Of a stretch of 64,000 nucleotides of DNA, positions 1 through 11,401 are shown piece by piece; the stretch's first letter is position 1, and each line of letters begins with the position of its first letter. Source of the stretch: Catajapyx aquilonaris. Lineage: Eukaryota. Below the pieces are notes generated by a model. The model searched no databases. It was not told where the DNA came from and saw only the letters and a list, made by a program, of their open reading frames with translations. Where the stretch lies: contig JYFJ02000451.1 in assembly GCA_000934665.2 (NCBI GenBank), forward strand, positions 62,001 through 126,000, in the 5' to 3' direction. A program made the position numbers and the translations under genes.

Positions 1-520
1 ACACTTCCAACACTGTGCTGATTATTTATTGCCAGTATCTTCCACTAGCCCTGTTATTTTCTTAGACTAATTTTTCCCCTGTTAGTATGCATGATGATTT
101 ACAGAATTTTCAAGAGTAATTGGTCATTGGCAATAACTTGATGCTCTTATCATGACAGGCTTTCAAATTCTTGGTTGGAAAAATATAGGTGCGTGACCTA
201 CATAAAAAATTCATAGTTGCTTAATTTTTTAAAGTAGAACATTTAATGATATGTGCTTGCTTTTGCTTTATTTGCATGCACAGGTTTTGTAGATACAATG
301 AATACAGGCTATGCTTTAGCGTATATTTTAACCCCCCATTATTTCATAAAAAGTATTACCATTAATTAAGTCTGCAGTGAGAAAATAGCATAGGTTTTAT
401 TTTTCCAGTCTAGGTTAACGGGGAGATTTACATATATATTTTTAGTTCTTGTTTCATTTTCTTTCATTCCCTCTACTGGTGATATCATTTTTCATTTGGT
501 GTTCCTTGTAGCATGTGCCT

Positions 521-595
521 AAAAGTAATGGCGTCAAAAGTAATGGCATCGATAATAACGGCCTCGAATATAATGCCGACAAAAGTAATGTCGTC
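521..595. repeat. Degenerate 15-bp tandem repeat x5 (AAAAGTAATGGCGTC-like)
   Basis: Units at 521 aaaagtaatggcgtc, 536 aaaagtaatggcatc, 551 gataataacggcctc, 566 gaatataatgccgac and 581 aaaagtaatgtcgtc. Confidence 0.8.
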
Positions 596-1512
596 TGACT
601 GAGAGTCCATGCCGCTTACGTCTGGTAAGCAAGTTGGCGTACAAAAAAAAAAGCATGACACGTATTTATTTTCAATTTCTCACTTTTATTTTCATTCATT
701 CATTTTATGCATTGACTTCTACTGCTCTCTGCTGGTTCTTGGAAGAAAAAAATTGATCGACAAACAACTTCCTACTGAAATGGAGTTTGGGGCTTGCATT
801 GCTGCTGTAGAGATATTTCCATTTCACTAACTGTTGAATTTATTTTTAAGTAGATCGTTGTGGGTATGCAATTAACAGGAGTCAGTGGTTTATTATTGGT
901 GCATTTATTGGTGCATATTTTGTATGTGCTGCTGAAGTAATTCATATTGGTGCATGTTGGTGTACATGTGTGGCAAATAGATAAACAGTTTTTTTTTTTT
1001 TTTAAAGATGTCACATGGTAACTTGGGATTTAGAAAATGTGACATTTGTTGAAGGGAATTGAATGTGGAAAGCAAGAGTAGTTTTTACCTATCCTCTCAG
1101 TCCTACCTTGTTCAGTCTATTCCTTTTTCAGCGGCAATTGGCATTTATTAGATCACATGTTTTAAATGGTAAACTTGAAGAGCCACAAACAGTTCACGAC
1201 CTCTACTATATTCGGTAATGGTTACTTTTTAGTGCTGCTCATAAGGGAAATGTTTTAAATTGATACCTAGCGCTATAGGAGTTGCATAAAATTTGGGTGT
1301 CATATGGAATTGCGTCGCCTTTGTCATGCAATATAAAAATTAGAAGCTGAAAATTTTTAAATTCAGTTATGAATGGAAATAAATTGTTCAGCTCCTGAGC
1401 TTTACTGGGTGACTAGGATGGGAATTACATATATGCTACTTTCATTCGTGGTAAGCGACTCACAAAATTTATTGGACTGACAAAACTCCCACATCCCAAT
1501 ATCCATCCTTAG

Positions 1513-1650
1513 AATGTGAGCTCGAAAGTGACACAATCCTTCCAAGCCCAGGACTCGTCTATCCATACCCCCCTGGAGAAACCGTCACAGAAACAGGTCA
1601 GCTTCAAGAATGCACCTCCCAGGAGATCTTCTTCCAGTTGGAATGTTTGA
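1513..1650 (+). CDS. Probable 3' coding exon of an unidentified gene entering from the left (cassette 1513-1596 or alternative terminal exon to TGA 1648-1650)
   Basis: Acceptor ccttag|AAT at 1512/1513 starts a GC-richer open frame NVSSKVTQSFQAQDSSIHTPLEKPSQKQVSFKNAPPRRSSSSWNV*. An internal donor CAG|gtcagc at 1596 gives an 84-nt phase-0 exon. No family recognised. Confidence 0.4.
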   Translation, partial: NVSSKVTQSFQAQDSSIHTPLEKPSQKQVSFKNAPPRRSSSSWNV

Positions 1651-2663
1651 CAGCAAGAACCTGAAAAGTATACATAAAAAACATAAAATATATACAAACA
1701 CACAACGAGTTTGTCAGTATTTACTCATCTCTCGTGTGAACAAGAAGAGAGAATGATGGCATTGTGGTTTAATTGTTCTTGGGGTATAAACCATTTAATT
1801 AATTTTTTTTATAGTGGAGGAGGTGACTGCACAAAATATGCATGTGTGTAGGTTGTGGAGGTGGATCTGACTTTTAACTGTTGACATTAATCACTTGTAT
1901 GAAGTTGGGGTGTCGCAAGTGTGGCGTTATTGTCAGTTTTAAAATGTGGCAAATTTGACCAAAGGTTCTTGACATTGACGGAAAAAAATGTATGCACCAC
2001 TCGAGGTGGATGATCTAACCGGGATTGTTTGTTAATTGTCGTTATCAATGATGCTGGTTAGGTCTGGTTGCACTGCCTCCAGAAAACATTTTCTGGCGGA
2101 GAAAGAGCAGTAAGAGTTTGCTATTCTTTGTTATCAACAATGAATAGCCATCTCGTCACACAATGCAACCAGAGCTCAGTGGTGCAAAGTGGCCTCGATT
2201 AGAGCCTCAATTTGTTTTGGAAAGCAATTCAGCTTGTGAGACAACAGCAGTTGTTGTGAGGAAAAGGGCGATGTGAATAATTGTACAGTTTCCATGAGCT
2301 TTTAGAAAATATTATTGTGGTTACTCCATAATGGCATTGTACAATTTATTACCTCCGAGGCCCGATAAGGTGCAGTCAAGGATTAACTGCATTAGCTGTG
2401 ATGCTTACTATTTTGTCAAGTTTCATAATCAGGTTGAATTAATAACTGAAATCTATTTCGTGCATCTTAGATCATACCAATTATTATGCAATATTGCGTC
2501 ATTTTCAACACTTCATCAGTTGAACATAGTTTGCATTCATTTAGATCCTTTTCTCAAAAATGTTGCCACATTGTTAAATTGCAATAATGTGCCACGTGAC
2601 ACCCTGACCTTTGCCTGCCATAATGCTCTGCCTTGACACTGATTCATGCCCTTAAAAAAGCAG

Positions 2664-2897
2664 GGTCGCGACAGCCCCTCCCCTGCCACGACCCCTTACC
2701 TCTGCCGGCAACGGACAGGGGTGTCGGGGGCAGGCCAGCTGGGTGGCAGTGGGGGGTTGATGACCGGTTCAACTGGCAACTGTGCCAAAGCATGCGAGAA
2801 GGATGAGAATGACCTGTCGCAGATGGAGCGAGGACACCTGCTGGCCAATGGCGGGTATGCTGTTGTTCCTGCCGTATCCAGCGAGTCGTCCGTTTGA
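2664..2897 (+). CDS. Terminal coding exon of an unidentified upstream gene, ending ...SSESSV* (frame reopens to 3071)
   Basis: Acceptor aagcag|GGT at 2663/2664, within a GC-rich island in AT-rich DNA. Reads GRDSPSPATTPYLCRQRTG...AVSSESSV then TGA 2895-2897, followed by an in-frame open extension to TAA 3069-3071. Confidence 0.55.
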   Translation, partial: GRDSPSPATTPYLCRQRTGVSGAGQLGGSGGLMTGSTGNCAKACEKDENDLSQMERGHLLANGGYAVVPAVSSESSV

Positions 2898-5161
2898 CCC
2901 TGGGCTGGACAATCAGATTGCAGCAGCAGGGCTGGGGCCGTGACCACATTTGTGGATGCGCCTGTTTTAGAAATGCCCACCTTCATGGACGCGCCTGTCT
3001 TGGCCCCACCTGCAATCCCGCCCCCTCCGCCAACCCCATCCAAAACTGCCAGAGCCAAGAGGAGTGAATAAGTGTTGGTGTTTGCCAGACAATTTCATTC
3101 TTTTTTTCTTTTTTTTTTACACCCGTCCTGATTTACAACTGCAAGGGGGGCTATTGATTGATTGATTGATCAGTAGTTTGAAAACTAGCCAAGTTGGGTA
3201 AAAATAATTATTTAAAAGCAATAATCAGTAGTTACACAATATTGTAATTTATGATGAAAGTCTAATTTTTGTAATATTGAGAAGAAGAAAAAAAGGTTAG
3301 AGTTTTAATCTTTAGTTACATATTTAATTTTATTCTTGTTGTCTTTTGTTATAATTTTTTTATAACTTATTGTGACAATTTTGAAGAAAAATAACAAGGA
3401 AGATTTCCAGAATGTGTATATAGCATTCCCAAGTGTTCACATCAACAAAATACCCGCTAACAATCACATTGGACAGTCATTGCTGGGAAATGATAACGGT
3501 CCATAAGTTCTGTCCAGTGTTAGGCCTTAATGAGAATGTACACATCACATACAACAAACCTTGTTTCTTTCACTTGAGTGCTTGACAAGTGATTGTAAAT
3601 GCACAGTATTACCAGAAAAAAAAAATGACTCGTCAGATGAACAGAACAAACAAACTGTGCCATTTTTTTCCCCCCTAAACTTTCTGAGTGTGAAATGTCG
3701 GATGTTAATTTTTCCCAGGAGCCGCTGTACTTTTACGTCCATTTTTTAAAAAAGTATGTAAAGCATGCGCCATTGTTTGCATTGTTGGTATGTGACGTGG
3801 ATGCACAGCTGCATAGAATCTCTTAATTCTACACTTCTTCTAGTCAGGATCTGATATCAGCACACCAAGGTCCTTCGTTTTTTTAAATAAGAGACATGAT
3901 TTTAGTGATTGTACATTATTACGCACACGAGTACATGTTTGTGTGCTTTGTAATCGAGTGGATTACAAAGATGCGACACCTTTGCCTCAGGCAATTGTTG
4001 TGTTTGAACCCTTTGGTGACAAGTTGTTTCCAGTGCAGTAATATAGTTGGTTATGTAATTTATATACACAAAGTAAATAAACACATAGGGACACATTACC
4101 GATGGTAGGTAGAACAATGTACTTACTGCCCACAGCAGGAAAAAAAAAACAAACAATAAAATCATTTCTATACCAAAATATTTTTATTCATGCAGCACAA
4201 GCTGGGGTCTACACAAATGCTTAATTTTTTGTCACAACCAAATTGGCTCACAGATTGTGCGTAATTGTATGGAGAGAATGTTATGAAAATTTGACATGTT
4301 GGCACAAGGACTTACGACCACTTTGTACATAGTCTGTTTAATTCAAGGCACTAGCAGTGCTCTTATCAGTATTTCATGGTGCATGCATTGCCTCCAAAAA
4401 TACGTACAAGGAAGAATGACATGTTTCCATGGAATAGCAGGTTGTATCATACAGTATCTTCAGCAATGTTTCACTTACACTTACATGAAGCTTTACAAAA
4501 TGGATGGCCATAAGGTACAAAAATAACAAAGCTTCGACACACACTAAAATTCTCATTCCCAGTCACATTCCTACTTCCCCTCCAAAGGATTGTCCCATAC
4601 CCTGCAAGAATAATAATGAAACTTGTCTTTACTGGAGTATCCCCAATGCTAAAACAATTTTTTCTGTACTGAACATATCCCTTGTATGCAACATAAAGAC
4701 TGACTTTCCATGGTATCTAGGGCCTCTCGGAGACAGGTTTCACTGTATTGTCATATGTATAGGGAGCAAAGAGCTCAGCAGGATATCATTAACTGAAACT
4801 GCACCAGGGGTGTGTACAGCTAGTACTTCAGGTAATGTCTGCATATCCTGATCAAGAAGTGATGGTTACTCATTTTGGGTCATTTTGAACTTATGCTAGG
4901 GCCATTCACGATTGGATCTTAGTTCTGATAACAATTAAATGTAATTCAACGATTACCATACTGACAAAGAGAAACACTAGCAGAACATGATCCAATCTTG
5001 AAATTTTTGTGGTGGGTGACATGGTATTAAAATAATTATCTCAGCCCAACATGCAATTTCAATAGTTAATTGCTAATTTTGTACTTAAAAACCTTCCTCA
5101 TGATTGCTATCTCAAGACTAGCTGCAGCATGTCACCGGTTAATGAATATTATGCCATAATT

Positions 5162-8100
5162 TTATGCTGACTCTTGTGACTGCTTGTAGTCATAAACACT
5201 CCCTCTTTGCAATGTCACGTGAGCAGCAGGTTGTGAAGATTTACTTCCAGTTAGTGTTGGATCTCCATAGCCACCTCCACCGGGTGTGAAAAGCTGGAAG
5301 CAGTCTCCAGTGTCGACAGGAACAGACGCTTTACCCCCAAGGTTGATCAGTCGCCCGTCAATCTTTTTCAGCAGGTTAAGTCCTCGCTTCCCAGGTGATC
5401 CCCCAGACATGCCATAAGGACTCAGTGCACGCCTTTCTGTTAACACTGACAGTGTTAAAGGCTTTGTGAAGGTTAACTCCCGAATGAGGCCATCACCACC
5501 TCGGAACTGACCTTCACCACCAGAACCACGGTTGATGCAAAACTTGCTGACAACAATAGGATAGCGCCGTTCCATAATTTCCGGATCTGTAATCCGTGTG
5601 TTGGTCATGTGGGTATGTGTCCCAGAACGTCCGCTCCAATGAGGGCCTGCTCCAGAGCCACCTGCTACAGTTTCATAGTAGCCCATGCTTGCATCACCAA
5701 AGGTGACGTTGTTCATGCATCCACATGATGCGGCACATGCCTCGAACGCATGTAGCAGTACGTCCACCACCCTTTGTGACGTCAGTACATTGCCACCAAC
5801 AACGGCAGCCGATTCTGATGGTGACAGTATCGAGTTGGGTGGAATCACTAGTGACACAGGTGTCAAACAGCCCTGGTTCAGTGGAATATCTTCCCCAACT
5901 AGGCATCGAAGTACGTAAATTACAGCTGATACTGTGATTGCCCTAGGTGCATTGCAATTTCCCAACACTTCAGGGCCAGTACCAGTGAAGTCAATTATAG
6001 CGTCGCCAGTGGCTGTATCAATAGAAATTGCAACGGCAATGCATGTTCCATCGTCCATGTAGTCCTGAGCTTTTAAGATGCTTCGACCTGTTCGAGAGAG
6101 GGCCTCTCGACCAATATGACGCAAGACATCGCGCACAGCAATTTCTGCATTTTGCTGTATGTATGACATGTATGCATGTACTACGTTTAATCCATATTGC
6201 TCAATCAGCTCAGTGACAAGCCCTATCCCCTTCTGATTGGCTGCCACTTGAGCCCGCAAATCAGACACGTTGTCATTGACATTCCGGGCACCAGCACAAC
6301 CAGGTACCAATTTAGGAGACATCAGAGCCTCAATCAAAGCTTCTTCTCGAAACACGCCATTCTGCACCAGTAAAAACGACTTGAAACATGCTCCCTCTTC
6401 AGACAGTGACTTGGAGTGTGGGGGCATTGATCCAGGAGTGATTCCACCTATGTCACTGTGGTGGCCGCGGTTGGCCACATAGAATATTGGCGACTTGCTA
6501 TTCACAAACACAGGTGTTATTACAGTCAAGTCTGGCAGATGTGAGCCTCCAGCCACAGGGTGGTTGCACAAGATGACGTTTCCAGGCAGCAGATGGTCAC
6601 TGTAGTGATTCATCTGATACTGCACCGTCTCTTGCATGGCACCTAGATGAACGGGGATGTGAGGTGCATTTGAAATGAGGCCGCCATCTGGGCCAAACAA
6701 GGCGCAACTGAAGTCAAGACGTTCCTTAATGTTCGTTGACATGGATGTACGTTGCAGGACACGGCCCATTTGTTCCGCAATGCTCATAAAGCGATGAGAA
6801 AATATGCTTAGCTGTATGGGATCCAACTTTGTCCCAACTGAATCACAAGGGGCATCACCAATTGAAATTTTGATGTCACCTTTGGAGGTGATGTTTGCTG
6901 TGCAGTTGGGCTCAACCAAAATAGTGCTGAGGTCATCTATAATGATGGATGGCCCACTTATTTCATGCCCATGCTTGAGGTTTGTCAGCAAGTGTACTGC
7001 CGTGTCAAGATAGCCATTCTCAAAGTACACGTGTACTGTCTTCTCCGGATGTGGCGTACCGTCACTTGATGGCACGTCTGGAACTTGTGAGACCATTGTG
7101 CGACCTGTACCCCGCACACGAACATCATCAACCATGATGTCTCGACCAGAAATGGTGAAACCAAACTCAGACTGGTAACGCCTCAAAAATGAAGCCAAGA
7201 AGTCACCGTGATGGCTTGTGTTTACATGCGCACTCTTTTCATCTGCAGTGACCATAATGGCACAATCAGTTCCTTGATACCTCATGTGGAGGAATGCTTC
7301 TGTTGAAATGCAATCTGGTGAAAAGCCATGCTTCAGTAGTGCTTTGGTACATTTTAATCTCATAGAATCCAGGCGCTGGTCCAGTTCTTGGAAATTGCTT
7401 GGCGTGTATGCAACTGCACATGGTTCTTGTGCCTCCTCAACCACGTCAGCACATGCCATTCCATATGCGGATAAGATACCAGCATATTTGTGAATAAAAA
7501 CAGTGCGGATACCAAGAGCTCGGGCAATTGCACAAGCGTGTTGGCCGCCAGCTCCACCAAAGCATGCCAGTACATGCTTTGACGTATCATACCCTCTCCC
7601 CTGCGTGAGTGCTCTTATAGGCCTGCACATGGCCTCATTTGCTACACGTATGAACCCCATAGCAACTTCTTCAACAGGCATATCTGGCTTGAGCTTCTGG
7701 AAAGCCTTTTGTGACGCATCCTTATCTAAAGGCATGTCATCATTTTTGCCGAAAACATGTGGGAAATATTCTGGCAAAACTCGTCCCAAACATACATTTG
7801 CGTCAGTTACTGCTAAAGGACCGCCCCTCCTATAACATGCAGGGCCTGGACGAGCTCCAGCTGATTCTGGGCCGACTGCAAACATACCGGAACGAATTGT
7901 CAAAATTGAGCCACCGCCTGCAGCCACCGTGTTTATATCTAGTTGCGGTGTTTGTATAGTAACACCAGCTGTTGTGGTCTCAAAAACATGCTCATATGAT
8001 CCAGCAAACCGACTAACATCAGTTGAAGTTCCCCCCATGTCAAATCCAATAACCGGGGAGGCTGTCTCATTAGTCACGGCATATCCAACAACCCCTCCAG

Positions 8101-9649
8101 CGGGTCCTGACAGGATGGATCGAGACCCACGGAAAGAGCTCATTGGTGTAAGACCACCATCACTCTGCATAAAAAGGACATTGACACCCTTCAGTCTGTC
8201 TTGAAATCCAGCTGCAAACCCTGACAAGTATTTCTTTATGAGTGGCGTTAAGTAAGCATCAGTGGCAGTCGTGTAACCCCTGGGGACTATCTTGACCATT
8301 GGCATGACTTCCGATGATATTGAAACATGCCCAAAGCCAATTTCAGAAGCGATACGTCCCACCTTTTGCTCATGGTCTGATACAGCATAGGAGTGCATTA
8401 ATGCAACTGCCAGGCTGTTGATACCCTTTTCCTTAAGGCGAATAAGATCAGATCGTAATTTCCGCTCATTCAGTGGTGCAAGAACTACCAGGTCTTCTCC
8501 TGTGCTGCCTTTGACTTTAGCCATACCTGGAAAAAACAGGATATTAGCTGTGATTGTTTCATGTTGCATGCAAAATATTATGCATCACTTATTGTAACGA
8601 ATTAGAGAACAAGAAATAACATGAACGTGATAGTAGTCTAGCTCTCATAACATTAATATAACTGATTCAAAGAGTAAAGGCCCATTCACACAGGCCGTCG
8701 ACGGTTTTGGTTTTTGGTCTCGTCGACGCCGCGGACCAATCAGAACAGGCCCTCACGTAATCAACACGTCATGGTTACCGTGACGGCCCGCTCTGATTGG
8801 TCCAAAACCAAAACCAAAACCGTCGACGGCCTGTGTGAATGGGCCTTAATAGTTAAAGCCTTATTCCCAAAACGTATTTTGAATTCACCCTGGGAAAGTC
8901 AATTTACTGGCATTTGTTGAACTCAGTACACTTTACATGATTGGGTTTAACATAAACAGAAGCAACAGCTACAATATCACATGTTTTCTGATTCATCTCA
9001 TATGTGAGAACATACATCTAATGTTACATTGCATTTAACACATGTGTTCAGAACGTTGCCCTGAAGGACCATCATTTTTGGTATCATCTAACTACAGCAG
9101 CAATAAATTGGTCTATTTCCTTATAATTAGGTCATGTAATATTATGGTATCACCTTTGGTTTTGGCATCTCCTCCAGTATGATCAACTACTGCACTTAAG
9201 CTGGCAGCAGTTGCCATTGCTACCCTTTCCTCAACCTCAATGACATCTTCATATAACACAGATGCTTTCTTGACCTCCAGGTCAAATATGTCTGGCCGTG
9301 ACTGATTCCCAATTTCAAGCAGGTCTGGAAACCCAGAGGTGACAGCCAGAGCCATCTTCTCCCCCTTCCTCTCCAGCAGGGCATTGGTGGCCACAGTAGT
9401 TCCCATGCGGATCCACTCAATCTCCCCTGTGGGTATGGGTTGTCCTCTTGCATACGCTTCTCTTTCACCTTCATGGAATTCTTGCAGGATGCGTCGTATC
9501 CCCTCTGTTGGGGCATCTGGATACAATCCAGATGGATCCTCCGACAGCAGTTTCATGACACGAATCTTACCACCTGGGCAGCAAGCGTACACGTCTGTGA
9601 AGGTCCCTCCTCGGTCAATTGCAAACTGGAACTTCCCCGGGGCTGACAT
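5162..9649 (-). CDS. OPLAH: 5-oxoprolinase (ATP-hydrolysing), ~1286 aa, 2 coding exons (9649-9154, 8526-5162)
   Basis: Hydantoinase/oxoprolinase motifs [57 protein letters not shown] and [10 protein letters not shown] phase-1 GT-AG intron at 9153-8527 joins the two ORFs in frame (496+3365=3861 nt). Confidence 0.97.
8678..8846. mobile_element. PIF/Harbinger (Tourist-like) MITE, 169 bp, in the OPLAH intron
   Basis: TIRs AGGCCCATTCACACAGGCCGTCGACGGTTTTGGTTTT / AAAACCAAAACCGTCGACGGCCTGTGTGAATGGGCCT, flanked on both sides by TAA (8675-8677, 8847-8849). An inner inverted pair GGACCAATCAGA/TCTGATTGGTCC is also present. Confidence 0.85.
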
Positions 9650-11401
9650 GTTTCGCCGTACTAAACTGCAACGGAATGCGAATTACTTAAGATGTTCTGC
9701 CATAATAATAAAAAATCAACAAGTGATAAAATGTTGCAACTACATTCGTTCACCTATTTGTACAAATGATTAATTTTCTGGCACTCTTTTCATGCAGATG
9801 GCCACAAAATGCTGTAGTTGCAACACAAATTTATTTCTGGCTTATTGTATTTAGAACCTTGAGTACTTCCTTGTTATTGTATGATCAACTTTATTAGAAC
9901 CAGTGCAGGGGTGAGTTCTTTGTCCTTCAACTAAACTAAATGTGGCTTTGAAATTAATTTTTCTACGTATTTGCACTTGTAAGAATGTACTTTACACCTA
10001 TAAGAGCAGGGTCTTTAAGTAATTAAGAGACAGGAATGATCTGAATGCCCTTATCAGATTCGCGACCGATAATGTCATTACATAATAATGGTTGTGACAT
10101 CTTCATTCATAATCGATCATAATTTTTACTAATGTGACCGTACTTGCAAAGTTTGGAACATGCATAAATTAAAATTGCAATTTCAATCATATGCCAACAA
10201 TAATTCCAACATGTGACGGTTTGTATTCAACCTACTAGATCAGCCCTTGCTTCCGATAATACCAGTCCTCCCCCTAGCTGTAACTGTCCTCATAAAACTT
10301 ACTTGCAAGCAGCCGACACGTACGACTTCCGTGTTCGAAGGACGACATTCATCCGTTGCGCAAGCAGCAGACCCGGTCCACTCGTTCCTTCCGTCCGAAA
10401 AACCCCAGCGGTCCGTTCCTCCCTGTCCAATGTCTGTTCCGGTTCGGTCCCCTGTTCCACTTCCGACAGATGGCGTCCTCGTTCGTGTCATGATCTGGCA
10501 ACGTGGCTCTGGGGTGGGGGAGGGGGGGTGGAAATAACTGTAATAGCTTATTGGAATAAAAAGCAGCTAACGGGGGCCAACGTTTTTCCTGGTAAGCTAG
10601 TAGCAGCTATGCTAGTTGAATAATACGCTGGTGTTCTGTTTGTGGGGGTTGGCGACGGGTGGTTGTTCCTCTGGTTCGGGGGCATCGAATATTTCTCAGT
10701 TCCTTCCTCCCTCCGCGGGCCACCAACTGGGGCTTCCGGGACACTGGCTGGAGCGACCCCCCCCCAGCATCCACAGAAGGACCCCGCCGAAATACCCAGT
10801 GTCAGGGGTTCCTGAAGAGAGTGGAGGGGTGACGGTCGGGCCGGGGATCTGCCGGATTGGTGCCCAGCCAGGAGGGAAGGTCGCCGTGTGTATATTTTGA
10901 GCGCGCGGGGGGGGAAATTGACGGGTCGAACTAGGGCTTCAGTTCTGTCCGTTGTAGCTGGCAGAAGGGGAACCCAACAGGGAACAACAATAATTATACA
11001 GGTTGGCTCATTTTCGTGTTTCTCGCCAGTTGATTTAGTTGGCCACGAAATGCTGACTTCAACAGACAATAATGACATTTAATAAATAATAAACACAATA
11101 AACAGTACAAGAATAAGCTATAAGCAGAATAAACATAAGAATAATATAATAATATTTCACCATTTCATTTTGTACCCTGTTCTCAGGCGTGGGGCCTTTT
11201 TGGGGTGAAACAACCCCAGGTTTTACAATTAAGAACATAAGTACATTCGCTTATAGACATTGAGAAAAAAAAAATACAAAAATAAATGGAATATACTTCA
11301 TTTAGATAGGTTCACAAAAAACGAAAGGTAATTCCTCAGGCAAGATAAGCATGGATAAGCGTAATGTAATAATAATCATCTTTTCATGTGCAGCGTGGAT
11401 A

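Noticed and set aside
5685..8204. Numerous + strand ORFs overlapping OPLAH, and similar antisense ORFs over bonus, Graf and BTB exons
   Set aside because: Shadow ORFs of real coding sequence with no recognisable domains.
10213..11082. Overlapping 60-176 aa ORFs between OPLAH and bonus (likewise 22164-22480 and 41152-41859)
   Set aside because: GC-rich promoter/5' UTR DNA depleted of stop codons; low-complexity translations with no domain signal.
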